A DNA stretch of 64,000 nucleotides from NCBI GenBank assembly GCA_963823665.1, contig CAWGMQ010000006.1:576001-640000 (forward strand), written 5' to 3'. Position numbers and translations under genes: made by a program. Below the pieces are notes generated by a model. The model did no database searches, was not told the DNA's origin, and saw only the letters and a list, made by a program, of their open reading frames with translations. The stretch's first letter is position 1; each line of letters begins with the position of its first letter. The DNA is from an uncultured Planctomycetota bacterium. GTDB taxonomy: Bacteria > Planctomycetota > Planctomycetia > Isosphaerales > Isosphaeraceae. This document shows positions 1-10,385 of this stretch, piece after piece.

Positions 1-513
1 GACTCGCTCGGCTTCGAGCGACTTGTTGAGCGCCCGGCCGGCGTAGGTCGGATTGTCGAGATCTTTGAAGGCACGCCCCGCTTCCTCCCAGAACGGGGGC
101 AGGAAATGGCGCACCGAGCGGCCGAGCTCCTTGGCCATTGCGGTGTAGGCGTCCCACGCGTGGCCGGGCTTCGAGCGGGCCTGGCGCGCGGCGGCCTTCA
201 TTTGCTTGACGAGGTCGAGCGCGAAGCGGGCGTTCGCAGGATCATTGATGAGAGCCCAGGCAGCGAAACCGAGGCTGCGGCGTTGTTGCACCGCCAGGGG
301 CGCGGAGACATCGGGCGCCAGGAAACCCAGGAACTCCATCGCCAGGTCTTCGGCCTGGCCGAGACGATCCGACGCCAGGCGAATCACCGTGCGATCACCA
401 AGCGCGGGATGGCGATAGGCCCGAGCGACGATTTGTTCGGTTGACGCCGCGTCGACCTTGGTCTTCGCAATGAGGAGTCCACCTGCTTCGAGCTGCGCTG
501 CGGCATTTTTCAT
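1..513 (-). CDS. N-terminus of large DUF4132-operon partner protein, copy B (runs off the left edge)
   Basis: ATG at 513 overlaps the upstream stop (ATGA). Translation MKNAAAQLEAGGLLIAKTKVDAASTEQIVARAYRHPALGDR... is colinear with the gene starting at 6782 (offset 6269). Confidence 0.85.
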   Translation of the reverse strand, partial: MKNAAAQLEAGGLLIAKTKVDAASTEQIVARAYRHPALGDRTVIRLASDRLGQAEDLAMEFLGFLAPDVSAPLAVQQRRSLGFAAWALINDPANARFALDLVKQMKAAARQARSKPGHAWDAYTAMAKELGRSVRHFLPPFWEEAGRAFKDLDNPTYAGRALNKSLEAERV

Positions 514-1060
514 TCCGCACCTTCCTCCTGCTTCTCGACCTTGCGTTTCGCATAAATCTGCGAAGCCATTCGCACGCCTTCGCTGAACGTGACGCGGCCC
601 ACGCCGGCGATCTTGACCGGCTTCTGTTCGCCGTCCACGAAAATCAACTCTCCGGTGTAAGTCTCTAACTCGGGAGAATCGCTGCCGATCCAGTAGCGGG
701 CTTCGATGGGACTGGCGTTCTCCCAGACCTTGCTGCACGCGTAACCACCGCGCACCGGATAGCCGAGCCGCCGGCAAAGCGAGCTTACGAAGTTCAGTTG
801 TTCGAATCGACCATTGCTGAAATCCATGATCTTGGACTGTTCTTGCTGCGGCTTCGTCGGCGCGAAGGTTGGGCGGAAGATTTGCTCGATCGCTTGAGAG
901 AACGCCATGTCGGCGGCAATCTCGCGCGGCTCTTCGAGTCCGTCGATCAGGATCGGATAGGGGATCAATATTTGCGCGGCGGCGATCCATTGCGTTTCGC
1001 CGTCTCGATCGATCACGCCGATGCCTCTTTTCGGGTCTCTGCTGTGCGAGGCTTGTCCAT
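510..1060 (-). pseudogene. DUF4132-domain protein, copy B, with ~380-bp internal deletion
   Basis: ATG at 1060 gives MDKPRTA (copy A: MAKSRTA), then at 1037/1038 jumps to DPKRGIGVIDRDGE. The segment equivalent to 7307-7685 is absent. Confidence 0.85.
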
Positions 1061-1140
1061 GAGTGACTCACTTCTCGAAAGTCATGGGCATCTGTCACGT
1101 CCTCTCGGGTTATCGAGGCCGCGATCCGTAACGATTTTCA

Positions 1141-1281
1141 GAGCGGTACCCGGGTGTCAACGGTCTTTATTCTGCCAGTCGGCCCCGACCGGGACAAGGT
1201 GCGGCGACTCGTCGGCCGCTGGCTCCTGGCTGGTCTCGCGCATCCGGCCCAGGCGGCGGTAGAGCGACCGCAGCGCCAGCC
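1141..1281 (-). pseudogene. Orphan 3' end of ABC permease gene (diverged direct repeat of ~11866-12005)
   Basis: Encodes LALRSLYRRLGRMRETSQEPAADESPHLVPVGADWQNKDR*, versus LALRSFDRRLGRMR.TSQEAADEESSRLVPVGAGWQNEG in the full gene. Confidence 0.8.
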
Positions 1282-1482
1282 TCGAGCGCGTGAAGAGGGA
1301 ATGCGGGAGGGGAGAGATTGCACGGGGGTGAAACTGATTGGAAAAGGCGGCGAGTGGGACCGCGTTCGACAGGTTGGTCTAGTCGCGGAGGCCTGTAGGG
1401 CGGCACAGGCCCCTGCGCGCGAACTCTCCCTCCACCGCCTGCGGCGGCACATCTCCGCAACGAAGGACCGTGACAAAAGGAT

Positions 1483-1595
1483 GGGTGTCTGGAATGCGTG
1501 TTTTAGTGTCACCTGACAGGTGTCTCGGTTCCCCCCTCTGGGTTCCCCTCTGAGTTCCCCTGTCGGCTGCAGAGGGTGGGTGTCTGGGTTCCCCC
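1483..1595. repeat. Cluster of short GGTGTCT(C/G)G and GTTCCCC repeats (REP-like)
   Basis: GGTGTCTGG near 1484, GGTGTCTCGGTTCCCCC near 1519 and GGTGTCTGGGTTCCCCC near 1579, plus tandem GTTCCCC(CC)TCTG units at 1528-1563. Confidence 0.5.
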
Positions 1596-1721
1596 GCGAA
1601 GGAATGCAAGCTGGTCGGCGTAACGTTCCCCCGCGGGCGGTTGTTGTACCGACCGTGCCGGCGCCCTTCGCGCGAGGAGCGGATCGGAAGCGGCGGGGTC
1701 GGGTGACTTTTTCCTGGCCAT
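1595..1721 (-). pseudogene. Truncated N-terminus of MoxR/YehL-like AAA ATPase
   Basis: ATG lies 2 bp after the stop of the large gene. QQPPAGERYADQLAFL resembles the N-terminus of the AAA ATPase that follows this gene pair in actinobacterial DUF4132 operons (recalled). Similarity stops at the repeat cluster. Confidence 0.6.
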
Positions 1722-1723
1722 GC

Positions 1724-4700
1724 TTATTTCGTCTTTTTCCGTCGTTTGACTTCTTCATAGCGAGGCCCGTCGCCGTCCGTCACGCGCTGCCACGCCGCGG
1801 CGAAAAGATCTTTCGAAGGGCCTCAGTACCATTGGACCGCCCGCCGGGCAAAGTTCGGCCGGCTTCAGCTCAAGCTCGATAAGGTGAATGAGCTTCCAGC
1901 TTTCGATGGGCAACCAGGGCGCCTTGAGCACGGTCCATTCACCGGGAAGAAAGATCGAGCGACCGGCTCGTTCGCGCACGGCTTCCAGCACGAGCTTGCG
2001 GCCGACCAGCTCAGCCGACGCTGTCTTCAATTCTGCGGCTGTCCAGCCATTCCAGTTCCGGAGGTTCGCCGCTGTGGGCTCGGGCAGGGCGAGCACCTGA
2101 GCGTAGAGCACCGCTGCATCCTCGCCCAGCTTGTATTTGGTGCGAATCGCTTTCACGACAGCCGGGGCCGTATGATTGGGGTTCTCGGGCCACTGTCCCT
2201 CCGGTACGTTTTTCGCCAGGATCGCCTTCGACAGCTTCTGGAAGCCGGGGCTCTTGATCGCGGCAACCAACGATGTGAAGCCGTCGGGATTGATGTGGTC
2301 GTACATGGCATCAGTGCCGAGAATACCTAGAAGGCGAGCCATGTCTCCCTGGTCCTTGAGCTTTGCCGGTCGATATGCAATCAGACCTTGAGACTGGCTG
2401 TCGAGTCGCTGCTGCCGTGATAAAGCCGTCGTCAAAACGGGCTGTACCGTCCTTCGCGTTGGGCTTGGTCTTGCCTACATGCTTGCTGAGCCACTCCGAC
2501 GGCTTGAGCGGCACTTTTCGCACATCGCCGCAAAGATGAACGGAGTGCAGCGCGAGCAATGTGATCGGCGAGTTGAGCGCCATCGTAGTCTGCTTGATCA
2601 ATGCCGGCATCTCGGCTCGGCACGGATGCCCTGCAGCGGTTTCCGCATGCACGAGCGCGACCAGTTGCACGATGGACCGAAGGGAAGCCCCGAGATCCGC
2701 CTCGTCGCTCTTTTTCTTGCCGGCGAGCTCCAGACCTCCGTAGGTCTTGTTTGGGTCGACCCTGATTTCCAGCTCCCGCGGCTGGAGCAGCGGATGATTG
2801 GCCGGATCTGCGGCCGCAGCCAGGACGGCCTCGTGATTCAGCCGCTGCCAGTTCGACCTCTTGCCCAGCACCGAGAGACGTGTTTGCAGTGCTGCCTCAA
2901 TCTGCAAACGCTTGGGCATCTTTGCTTGCCAGGCCTTTTCGATCAGGTGCAATACCGGACTGCGATCGCCGGCGAAGGGGGCGGCGCATCCTTGCGAGAT
3001 GACAGCTTCATAAAGCTGCGTCCGAACCGACGGATCCAGATTGCGCAGAGCCTGCCTGCCAGCGCTCGCATCGGTGGTCTTCAGCCCAATGGCCGGCGCA
3101 GGTCGGCCGGCAGGAAGTTGTTCTCGAGGCTGTCGACGTTCAGGCCTCCCAGCCAGATCAAGGCAATCTCCGCCGGCGAGGCGGAGAGTGTCCTGGCGGT
3201 TTCCGCGAGCTCTGCGGGGGACGGTAATGGCGGCTCGGCGCACGATCCGGCCGCAGCAATGAATGCCTCTATCTGCGCGATCATAATGTGTCTTGATCTT
3301 ACAAACGTTCTTGACCTTGAAGCCAGGCGGAGCGCCGGGGGTCTTGGCTGTCGAATAGCGCAGGAAATGGTGGGGAAGCCGGTCGGCATCGTAGAATGCA
3401 TTCTCGACTGCGATGAACAAGTCTTCGCCATTTATAATCGTAAAAGCTTTTCCAGCGGTGACCTCCACGTCATATCCACCCCAGGTGTTCTTCTTTGCCC
3501 CCTCGGGATACCCGTCCATGGTGTCGAAGGCTCCCGGCAGATCGGCGATACCGAGATCAAGCCAGAGCTTCAGGAACTCAAGCCACGGCACGTCACTTTT
3601 GTCCGTCTTCTTCATTTTTGCTGCCAGCGCGCCCCAGTACGCTTGCCAGCATGCAGGGGCAGATCTTCCAGCATCGAGAACCAGAGGTGGTTTGTATGCG
3701 GAAGATCGCCCCCCCTGGAAGCTCCTTTGAGAAACTCGGTGACCGCGGCGAGATGCTTGCTCAGAGAGATCTGGCGATCGTGTCCATATGTCGGAATCGC
3801 CGGCAACCCCCAGTGGACCGCGGCAAGGTCGCTTTGTCGATCGACAACGGACGTCGCGCTCGTGGTTTCCCTGGTCGAGTCAGCACTTGCCTTGTCGCGC
3901 AGTCCGATGAAGTCGGTAGTTGCTCGTCCGGCGCTCTCGATCACGTGCGCGACTCCTTGTGCCATGCGCTCCGGCGCCAGAGGCAGTAGCTTCTTCACGG
4001 CCGAGAGGAGGCTCTTTCTCTCAACCGCTTTATTGCCGCCACCGCGCGGCACGACGTGCTCTGGCGCGCGATCCTCCTCCGCCGCCTTGAGTAACGCTAC
4101 GCACTCAGCTTGGCTAACCCCCCGCAGCTTCTTTGACGATGCGTGATGGCGCGCTTTCAGAAAATGCCAGTACAGTAGCGGCAAGACAGTCCGCCGCTCA
4201 TCCTCGTCGTCGTTATCGACATCGTGAGTTGTGGCAACCATCGTCGAACCGGTTGGATCCCAGATCGAGTAAGCCCCCACAGCAGTACCGATCGTGGTCA
4301 CCGGCAGAAACTCGTTCGTACCCGGCTGGCGGAGCAGCGCCACCGGCAACGCAAATGTACCGTCGGATAGAATCAGCGGCTTGTCCCAGCGGCGGCCGTC
4401 GATCCCCTGGCCGAAATAGCTGCCATCAGGGCGCTTGACCGTCTTCCATCCGATCATGCCGTCTTTCGTGCCAAGCGGCGAATCCGTGGCATACTGTGGT
4501 GCCGGCCTGAAATCCGAAGCACCCCACTCAATCGTGCCGCCATCCGTTTCTTCAAACCAGGGCGGTACGCTTTCGCGAAGCGGTTTTCCGGTGTGCGGGT
4601 CGACCTCTCTGATCTTCCAGCGGTGCTCACCCGATTGCGGGTCGTACTCAGGGTTTACGCGCCAGAATCGCTTCCCGTCGTGAATGTAACCTTGTGACTG

Positions 4701-6782
4701 CGGCATCTGCTTGTCGCCCGGACGAACGGCTGTTTCGCCCAGGAATACGCTTCCATCGTCCAGTACAGTCGCCGTTCGTTGCGCGGCGCTCCGGAAGTAC
4801 CAGTAGCTGGAGGCGTCGTACTGTTGCGCGGGATCGCTGACCCAATAGAAGCGTCCCTGGTACTTTTCGTCGCGATAATTGATCGCCAGATCGTCGCCGA
4901 CGGCGACGATCGTGACAATCTCGCTCTTTTTCGGCAAACGCAATTCATGTTTCCGCTCCTTGCCGTCGCCCCCGATGACGATCGCATGAATCTTGTCGGC
5001 AACAACGATGCTGGGAAACGTGAGATGGACATTCGTGTCCCGGAGAGAAGAGCGTTGAGTCTTGATGTTGCTGCGATCGATCGCCTCCTCAAGAACAGGC
5101 AGGCCGTATTCTTCGAAGACGCCGGCCGCTAGCGTTCGCCGCAGCATGGCGGCAGGATCGACGCGCAACAGGCGCTCCGCAAGATCCGGAAACAGTCGCA
5201 GTGCATCCGGCCAGAGAGTCGAGTCGAGTCGACTCAAAGCCAGCTCAAAGCTGGCCAGCCCGCTCTCTTCCAGAATGTCGATGAGGCCCGATGTGTGCAG
5301 CCGCCACAACTGACTGATTCCGGGCCGATCGCGGGCAGCCAGGGGGAACGCCCGCTGTTCGAGCGCGGCCTGCTGATAGCCTCGCTGCACCGCGCCACCG
5401 CGACAGGCCAGCGCCTGCTCGAGGCCGCTGAGAATCGCTCTTTTGAAGCGCTCATCCTTGGCCGATAGGACGACATCCTGATTGCGGAGCGGATGGTCAA
5501 CCTTCGCAGACAACCAACCCGAGAAAATCACCTCGAACTCCGGCGGCGGATCGCCGACTTTGATCCCCGACACGAGGCACGCTTCGAGCACATCGATGTC
5601 GATGTCCGTGCTGCGGTATCGGTCGGCAATCGAAAGCAAGAAGGGTTCGTTCTCCTTCCTGAGCCGCGGTACCAGTTTCTCGAGCATTTGAAACGTACGC
5701 TCCGGGGCCGGGACCCCATCGCGCACGATGCGGCTGAACCAGATGGCAATCGGCTCTCCCAGGGGCGGCGCTCCCTTGTGCTCATCTTTCCACAGGTATT
5801 CGAGAACTCCCCACTCATCGAGCAACTCGAACCAGGGCCCCAGCTTGCTATCGCCGTAGTGCCGCGGGTCAGGCTTCGTGTGCTTGAGGAGCGCGATTGC
5901 GAACGCCGGATTGCGAGCCACGATCCGCTTGCAGTGGCTGCTGCACGTCTTCCAGAACTGGAGTGGCGGCCGACCCATCGCGGGCGATTCGATGACCTCT
6001 TCGAGCCACTTCTCCAGTTCCTTGTCAGCATCGAGACGGGCGGCCTTGGCGAGCTTCATGAAATCCTTGGGCAGCGTGGCCCAGGGTGGCATGCCGCCGT
6101 TCGTGCGGCGCACGCACAGGTCGCGAAAGATGTCAAACGCCTCATTCGGCGGATAATGACCCTGCAAGTCGGCGCCGTAATCAGAAAGCGCGTTACTCGT
6201 CAAGCAGCCCGACAGGACGAATTCCAGTATGACGTCGCGCCGGCGTGCACGATCAGACTCGAGCGCATGGACCCGCTCGGCCTCGAGCGACTTGTTGAGC
6301 GCCCTGCCGGCGTAGGTCGGGTTGTCGATATCCTTGAAAGCTCGCCCCGCTTCCTCCCAGAACGGGGGCAAGAAATGGCGCACCGAGCGGCCGAGCTCCT
6401 GGGCCATTGCGGTGTAGGCATCCCACGCGTGGCCGGGCTTCGACCTGGCCTGGCGCGCTGCCGCCTTCATTTGCTTGACGAGGTCGAGCGCGATGCGGGC
6501 GTTCGCCGGATCATTGATGAGCGCCCAGGCCGCGAACCCCAGGCTGCGGCGTTGTTGCACCGCCAAGGGCGCAGAGACCTCAGGCGCGACGAACCCCAGG
6601 AACTCCATCGCCAGGTCTTCGGCCTGGCCCAGACGATCGGGCGCGAGGCGAATCACCGTGCGGTCGCCAAGCGCGGGGTGGCTATAGGCCCGAGCGACGA
6701 CCTGTTCGGTCGACGCCGCGTCGACCTTGGCCTTCGGAAGGAGGAGTCCGCCTGCTTCGAGCCCGGCTGCTGCATTGCTCAT
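1724..6782 (-). CDS. Large (~1,680 aa) DUF4132-operon partner protein, copy A, read through ~5 frameshifts
   Basis: ORFs 3612..7007 (from ATG 6782), 2311..3615, 3081..3431 and 1755..2435 join into one frame with shifts near 3652, 3280, 3090, 2410 and 1808. Restored C-terminus DLFAAAWQRVTDGDGPRYEEVKRRKKTK* ends at TAA 1724. Confidence 0.75.
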
Positions 6783-7708
6783 TCCGCACCTCCTTCCTGC
6801 TTCTCCACCTTGCGTTTCGCATAAATCTGCGAAGCCATCCGCACGCCTTCGCTGAAGGTGACGCGGCCCACCTCGGCGATCTTCACCGGCTTCTGGTCGC
6901 CGTCCACAAAAATCAACTCTCCGGTGTACGCCTCTGACTCGGGAGAATCGCTGCCGATCCAGTAGCGGGCCTCGATCGGACTGGCGTTCTCCCAGACCTT
7001 GCTGCACGCGTAACCGCCGCGCACCGGATAGCCGAGCCGCCGGCAGAGTGAGCTGGCAAAATTCAGTTGCTCAAACCGACCATTGCTGAAATCCATGATC
7101 TTTGATAGTTCTTGCTGCGGCTTCGTCGCGGCGAAGGTTGGGCGGAACATCTGCTCAATCGCTTGAGAGAACCCCATGTCGACGGCAATCTCGCGCAGCT
7201 CGTCGAGCCCGTCGATCAGTATCGGATGGGGGATCAATATCTGCACGGCAGCGATCCATTGCGTTTCGCCGTCGCGATCGATCACGCCAATGCCTTTCTT
7301 CGGGTCAACGTCGCGAAGCAGCCCGGTCTGTGTCGCATTGATCTTGCCGCTCGCATCGGCGGGGCTCACCACCAGGTTGCGCAGCATCTCGACCCAATCC
7401 CGATCAGACCAGACCGCCCGCACGACATCGCAAGGCACGGGAAGGGAGCGCAGCATCCACATCTCGACGCGGTGCAGACACTCGGTCCGATGGTCGGCGA
7501 GCCACTCGCAGAGCGCGGTGAGCTGCTCCGCGAGGGCCGACTCTTTCAGCTCTTTCGGAACCGATGCCAGCTTCTTACCCGCGGGGTTGCGGCAGATCAG
7601 CTTGCCGTTATCAATTGCGAGGGCGTAGTTGTTCTCAGCATCCAGCCAGGCGATCTCGTCGGCCGAGGGTTTCCCGGGCTGTTTGTCTGCTGTGCGCGAC
7701 TTGGCCAT
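6779..7708 (-). CDS. DUF4132-domain protein, copy A (YehI-like domain)
   Basis: AWLDAENNYALAI...GKKLASVPKELK...EWLADHRTEC...WMLRSLP...IPHPIL...IEQMFR...FSEGVR. ATGA coupling to the next gene. Confidence 0.75.
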   Translation of the reverse strand: MAKSRTADKQPGKPSADEIAWLDAENNYALAIDNGKLICRNPAGKKLASVPKELKESALAEQLTALCEWLADHRTECLHRVEMWMLRSLPVPCDVVRAVWSDRDWVEMLRNLVVSPADASGKINATQTGLLRDVDPKKGIGVIDRDGETQWIAAVQILIPHPILIDGLDELREIAVDMGFSQAIEQMFRPTFAATKPQQELSKIMDFSNGRFEQLNFASSLCRRLGYPVRGGYACSKVWENASPIEARYWIGSDSPESEAYTGELIFVDGDQKPVKIAEVGRVTFSEGVRMASQIYAKRKVEKQEGGAE

Positions 7709-7974
7709 GAGTAACTCCACGAAGTCGTTCACGGTGATCAAACAGGCTTTCGATCCCGAATGAAGCGATCGGTGTTGCGAATGGGTTTCGGGAACTGTAA
7801 AAAATGGCTGCTGTGTGGCCTCGGGTCTTGTCTCCGATCAGTAATTCCAGCCGCTCGGGCAATTCCCCAGGAGTATAATGGCGATGCTCGCGCGATTCCA
7901 CTTTGGGCCGAGAAGATCAGCACAGCGCGTTTCTCTTTCAATCCAGATTGCTCCTCTCCACGGCGAGGTGAACC

Positions 7975-9372
7975 ATGACACGAACAAACCGCGTCACTTT
8001 TGCGTCCATCGCCGCTTGCGTGTTTGGCCTCGCTGGAACAACTCGAGGTGCCGGAGGATACCTGACGGTGGATCGTCCCGTATCCACCGCTCAGAAACCG
8101 GCTGAACCGGTGGCCACGGCAGAGACGGCGCCAGCCCAGCCAGCGGAATCCTCCAATCGCACCTTCGACAAGAACAGCCCCTTCTATTTCGATGGCACTA
8201 TTTCGCGCCAGACGCTGGAAAACTATCTGGATCGAGCAATCACCATGGGCTATTTCCTGGTTCCCGGCCAGCCGGAGGGTTACCAGTTTCCGTATCGGGA
8301 TGATGATGTCCGCATGATCCACAACCTCGGCGCCAAATTCATCGGCCGGGCCATCTACCGCTGGGGCCAGGAGTCCAAACTAGGAGATCCCGCTTTTTTG
8401 GAGTATGCCAAAAAAATGGTGGATAGGGTGCATGCCGCCGATCCCGAAGTCGTTTTCCAGGGCTGCCTTTTTGAACAGGTCACCACCGATGTTGATAAAC
8501 TGAAGATTCCTGCTTGGGTTTTCGCAGACTTTGGCCTGCCCGTTGAGGACCGGACCTTTTCCTGCGCTGCGATCATCAAGCGGGAAGGCCGGCCTGGCAG
8601 GCGTGGCGGCCGCGGCGGAGTGCCGATTATCAACAATCTTGAAACCCGGCTTTGGTTCTATTACCTCGCCGTCTCCTATATCAACATCGGTTGTGAAGCC
8701 TTCCACCTGGGCCAGGTCGGACTCATTGGCGCGGATGACAAGGATCTGAAAGTCTATTCGGAGTTTCTGGCCAAAGTGCGGACTTATGCAAAACTGCACG
8801 CCCGCCGCCATCTGGTGCTACTGGACGGTCATGTGCCGTCCGGTGGCATGGTCAAGGACGGGGTCAGTCTTTTGGATTTCAATTCGTTTCCGATGCGCAT
8901 CAAGGCGGTTCCGGGTAAGCCGCATGAGGCCATCTTGGAAGTCGGTCACCTTGATGCGATATTCAAAAGAAGCAAGGGCTGCATTTCGCCCAGCGGCTGG
9001 CGTTGTGATAGTTTGCCTTACCTTGTTGAATTTGACAATTTTGGCCGGGGGCCGAACCCGAATGTGGCTGACCCCAAATCAATGTTCTGCTGGGGATGGG
9101 ATGAGATTTCATGGTTTGCGCAGCAACCGGAGGAATACCGAAACCAATGGCTCCGCTATGCCCACACTTGGATCAAGCAAACCGACCCTAGTGGCCACCT
9201 CGAAATGCCGGGAACCCGGATGATCTCCTGTCCCAATGAAACCCTGCGCACCTACTTTGCCAACACCAAGAGCCCAGCCTGCCCGGTCGGCTATTCCCAG
9301 GAAGAAACCATAAAAAAAATCTGGAACCGGGGTCAATCTCCCCCGCCAGCATCAGTGGGACGACGGCTGTAA
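7975..9372 (+). CDS. Secreted conserved hypothetical protein, possibly glycoside-hydrolase-like TIM barrel
   Basis: 465-aa ORF with signal peptide and GAGGTG RBS. Motifs FIGRAIYRWG, EAFHLGQ, LLDFNSFP, YLVEFDN, WGWDEI. Confidence 0.6.
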   Translation: MTRTNRVTFASIAACVFGLAGTTRGAGGYLTVDRPVSTAQKPAEPVATAETAPAQPAESSNRTFDKNSPFYFDGTISRQTLENYLDRAITMGYFLVPGQPEGYQFPYRDDDVRMIHNLGAKFIGRAIYRWGQESKLGDPAFLEYAKKMVDRVHAADPEVVFQGCLFEQVTTDVDKLKIPAWVFADFGLPVEDRTFSCAAIIKREGRPGRRGGRGGVPIINNLETRLWFYYLAVSYINIGCEAFHLGQVGLIGADDKDLKVYSEFLAKVRTYAKLHARRHLVLLDGHVPSGGMVKDGVSLLDFNSFPMRIKAVPGKPHEAILEVGHLDAIFKRSKGCISPSGWRCDSLPYLVEFDNFGRGPNPNVADPKSMFCWGWDEISWFAQQPEEYRNQWLRYAHTWIKQTDPSGHLEMPGTRMISCPNETLRTYFANTKSPACPVGYSQEETIKKIWNRGQSPPPASVGRRL

Positions 9373-9578
9373 ACTCCTCGTGGCTGGGGAATGGCGTATC
9401 GTGCTGGATCAATGCTCCTTCAGGAGCAATTAGAGGACGCGAGGCGCCTGGGTTGGCAAAGCCGTCTCACCCGAACCACCCGCGGCTGAGTTTTTGCTGG
9501 ATTGTGTCCAAGCGTTGACGCGGCAAACATGATCTTGCGCGGGTCGGTCCGACACACCGATGCGCGCTCGTGTCGACT

Positions 9579-10385
9579 TTAAGTGGGTCTTGATAATGAG
9601 ATTGAGAATCGATGCCGCACGGTTATGGGAACGTAGTAGTCCAGCGCGTCGTATGACAGGGCCGTGAAGGGGCGATTCGAAACAACCCAAGGCAACGCCT
9701 CATTTGCCCAGATAGAATCGATTTGACGCTGGTTATTGAGAGCAATTTCGACATTCAGACGCATGATGATCGGCTCTAAGTAGTCCCTGACGCGGCGGTC
9801 ATAAAGGTCGAGGAGGCTGGGTCGATCAAGTCCGAGAACCCAATTTGTGCGGTCGCCCCTCGCACTTCCATTTTTCGGCAGTGGCCTCCATTTGTGCTTC
9901 GGCAGGGCCGGATGATACTGGAACTTGATGTGGCCTATCGGGTTCTCGACGCACGGATCGATGAGTAAGGCTAATTCGGAACCGGGCGGCCTCTGCTCAT
10001 GTACCAACGCAACGCTGCCTGCCGCCAAGGGAAAGACATCGTTCTTCTCAGTTCTATTGCAATTCGGACACGCAAACATCAGGTTTTGCCAAGTCCATGC
10101 AAGCCACCAATATCCGTGGTTCGGGAAGCCCGCTCCTCGATCGGCGCTCAGTTTTGGTCGATAGTGCTCGACGTCATTATGAGAAGGCTCAATATTATTC
10201 CGTTCGCAGTAACAACATTTGAAGTGCTGTACAGCACATAGATCATCTTTAACTATTTGATAGGCGATTCCCAAGGTGACCTTGTCAAGCGTCCCGGCTG
10301 CGTGGTGAGCCCGCGCATTTGCTAGTGCCGCTCGACGGATCGGCCGGAGTTTTGCAGGCTCTCGACCTCGGCGTATTCGTATCAT
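9579..10385 (-). CDS. HNH endonuclease, PtuB / TIGR02646-like
   Basis: KCCYCE...DVEHYRPK...YWWLAWTWQNLMFACPNCN...KNDVFP...LLIDPC. ATGA overlap with the ATPase. Confidence 0.85.
   Translation of the reverse strand: MIRIRRGREPAKLRPIRRAALANARAHHAAGTLDKVTLGIAYQIVKDDLCAVQHFKCCYCERNNIEPSHNDVEHYRPKLSADRGAGFPNHGYWWLAWTWQNLMFACPNCNRTEKNDVFPLAAGSVALVHEQRPPGSELALLIDPCVENPIGHIKFQYHPALPKHKWRPLPKNGSARGDRTNWVLGLDRPSLLDLYDRRVRDYLEPIIMRLNVEIALNNQRQIDSIWANEALPWVVSNRPFTALSYDALDYYVPITVRHRFSISLSRPT

Noticed and set aside
1..1037. Assembly duplication of 6270-7306
   Set aside because: Numerous, largely synonymous substitutions indicate true diverged paralogues.
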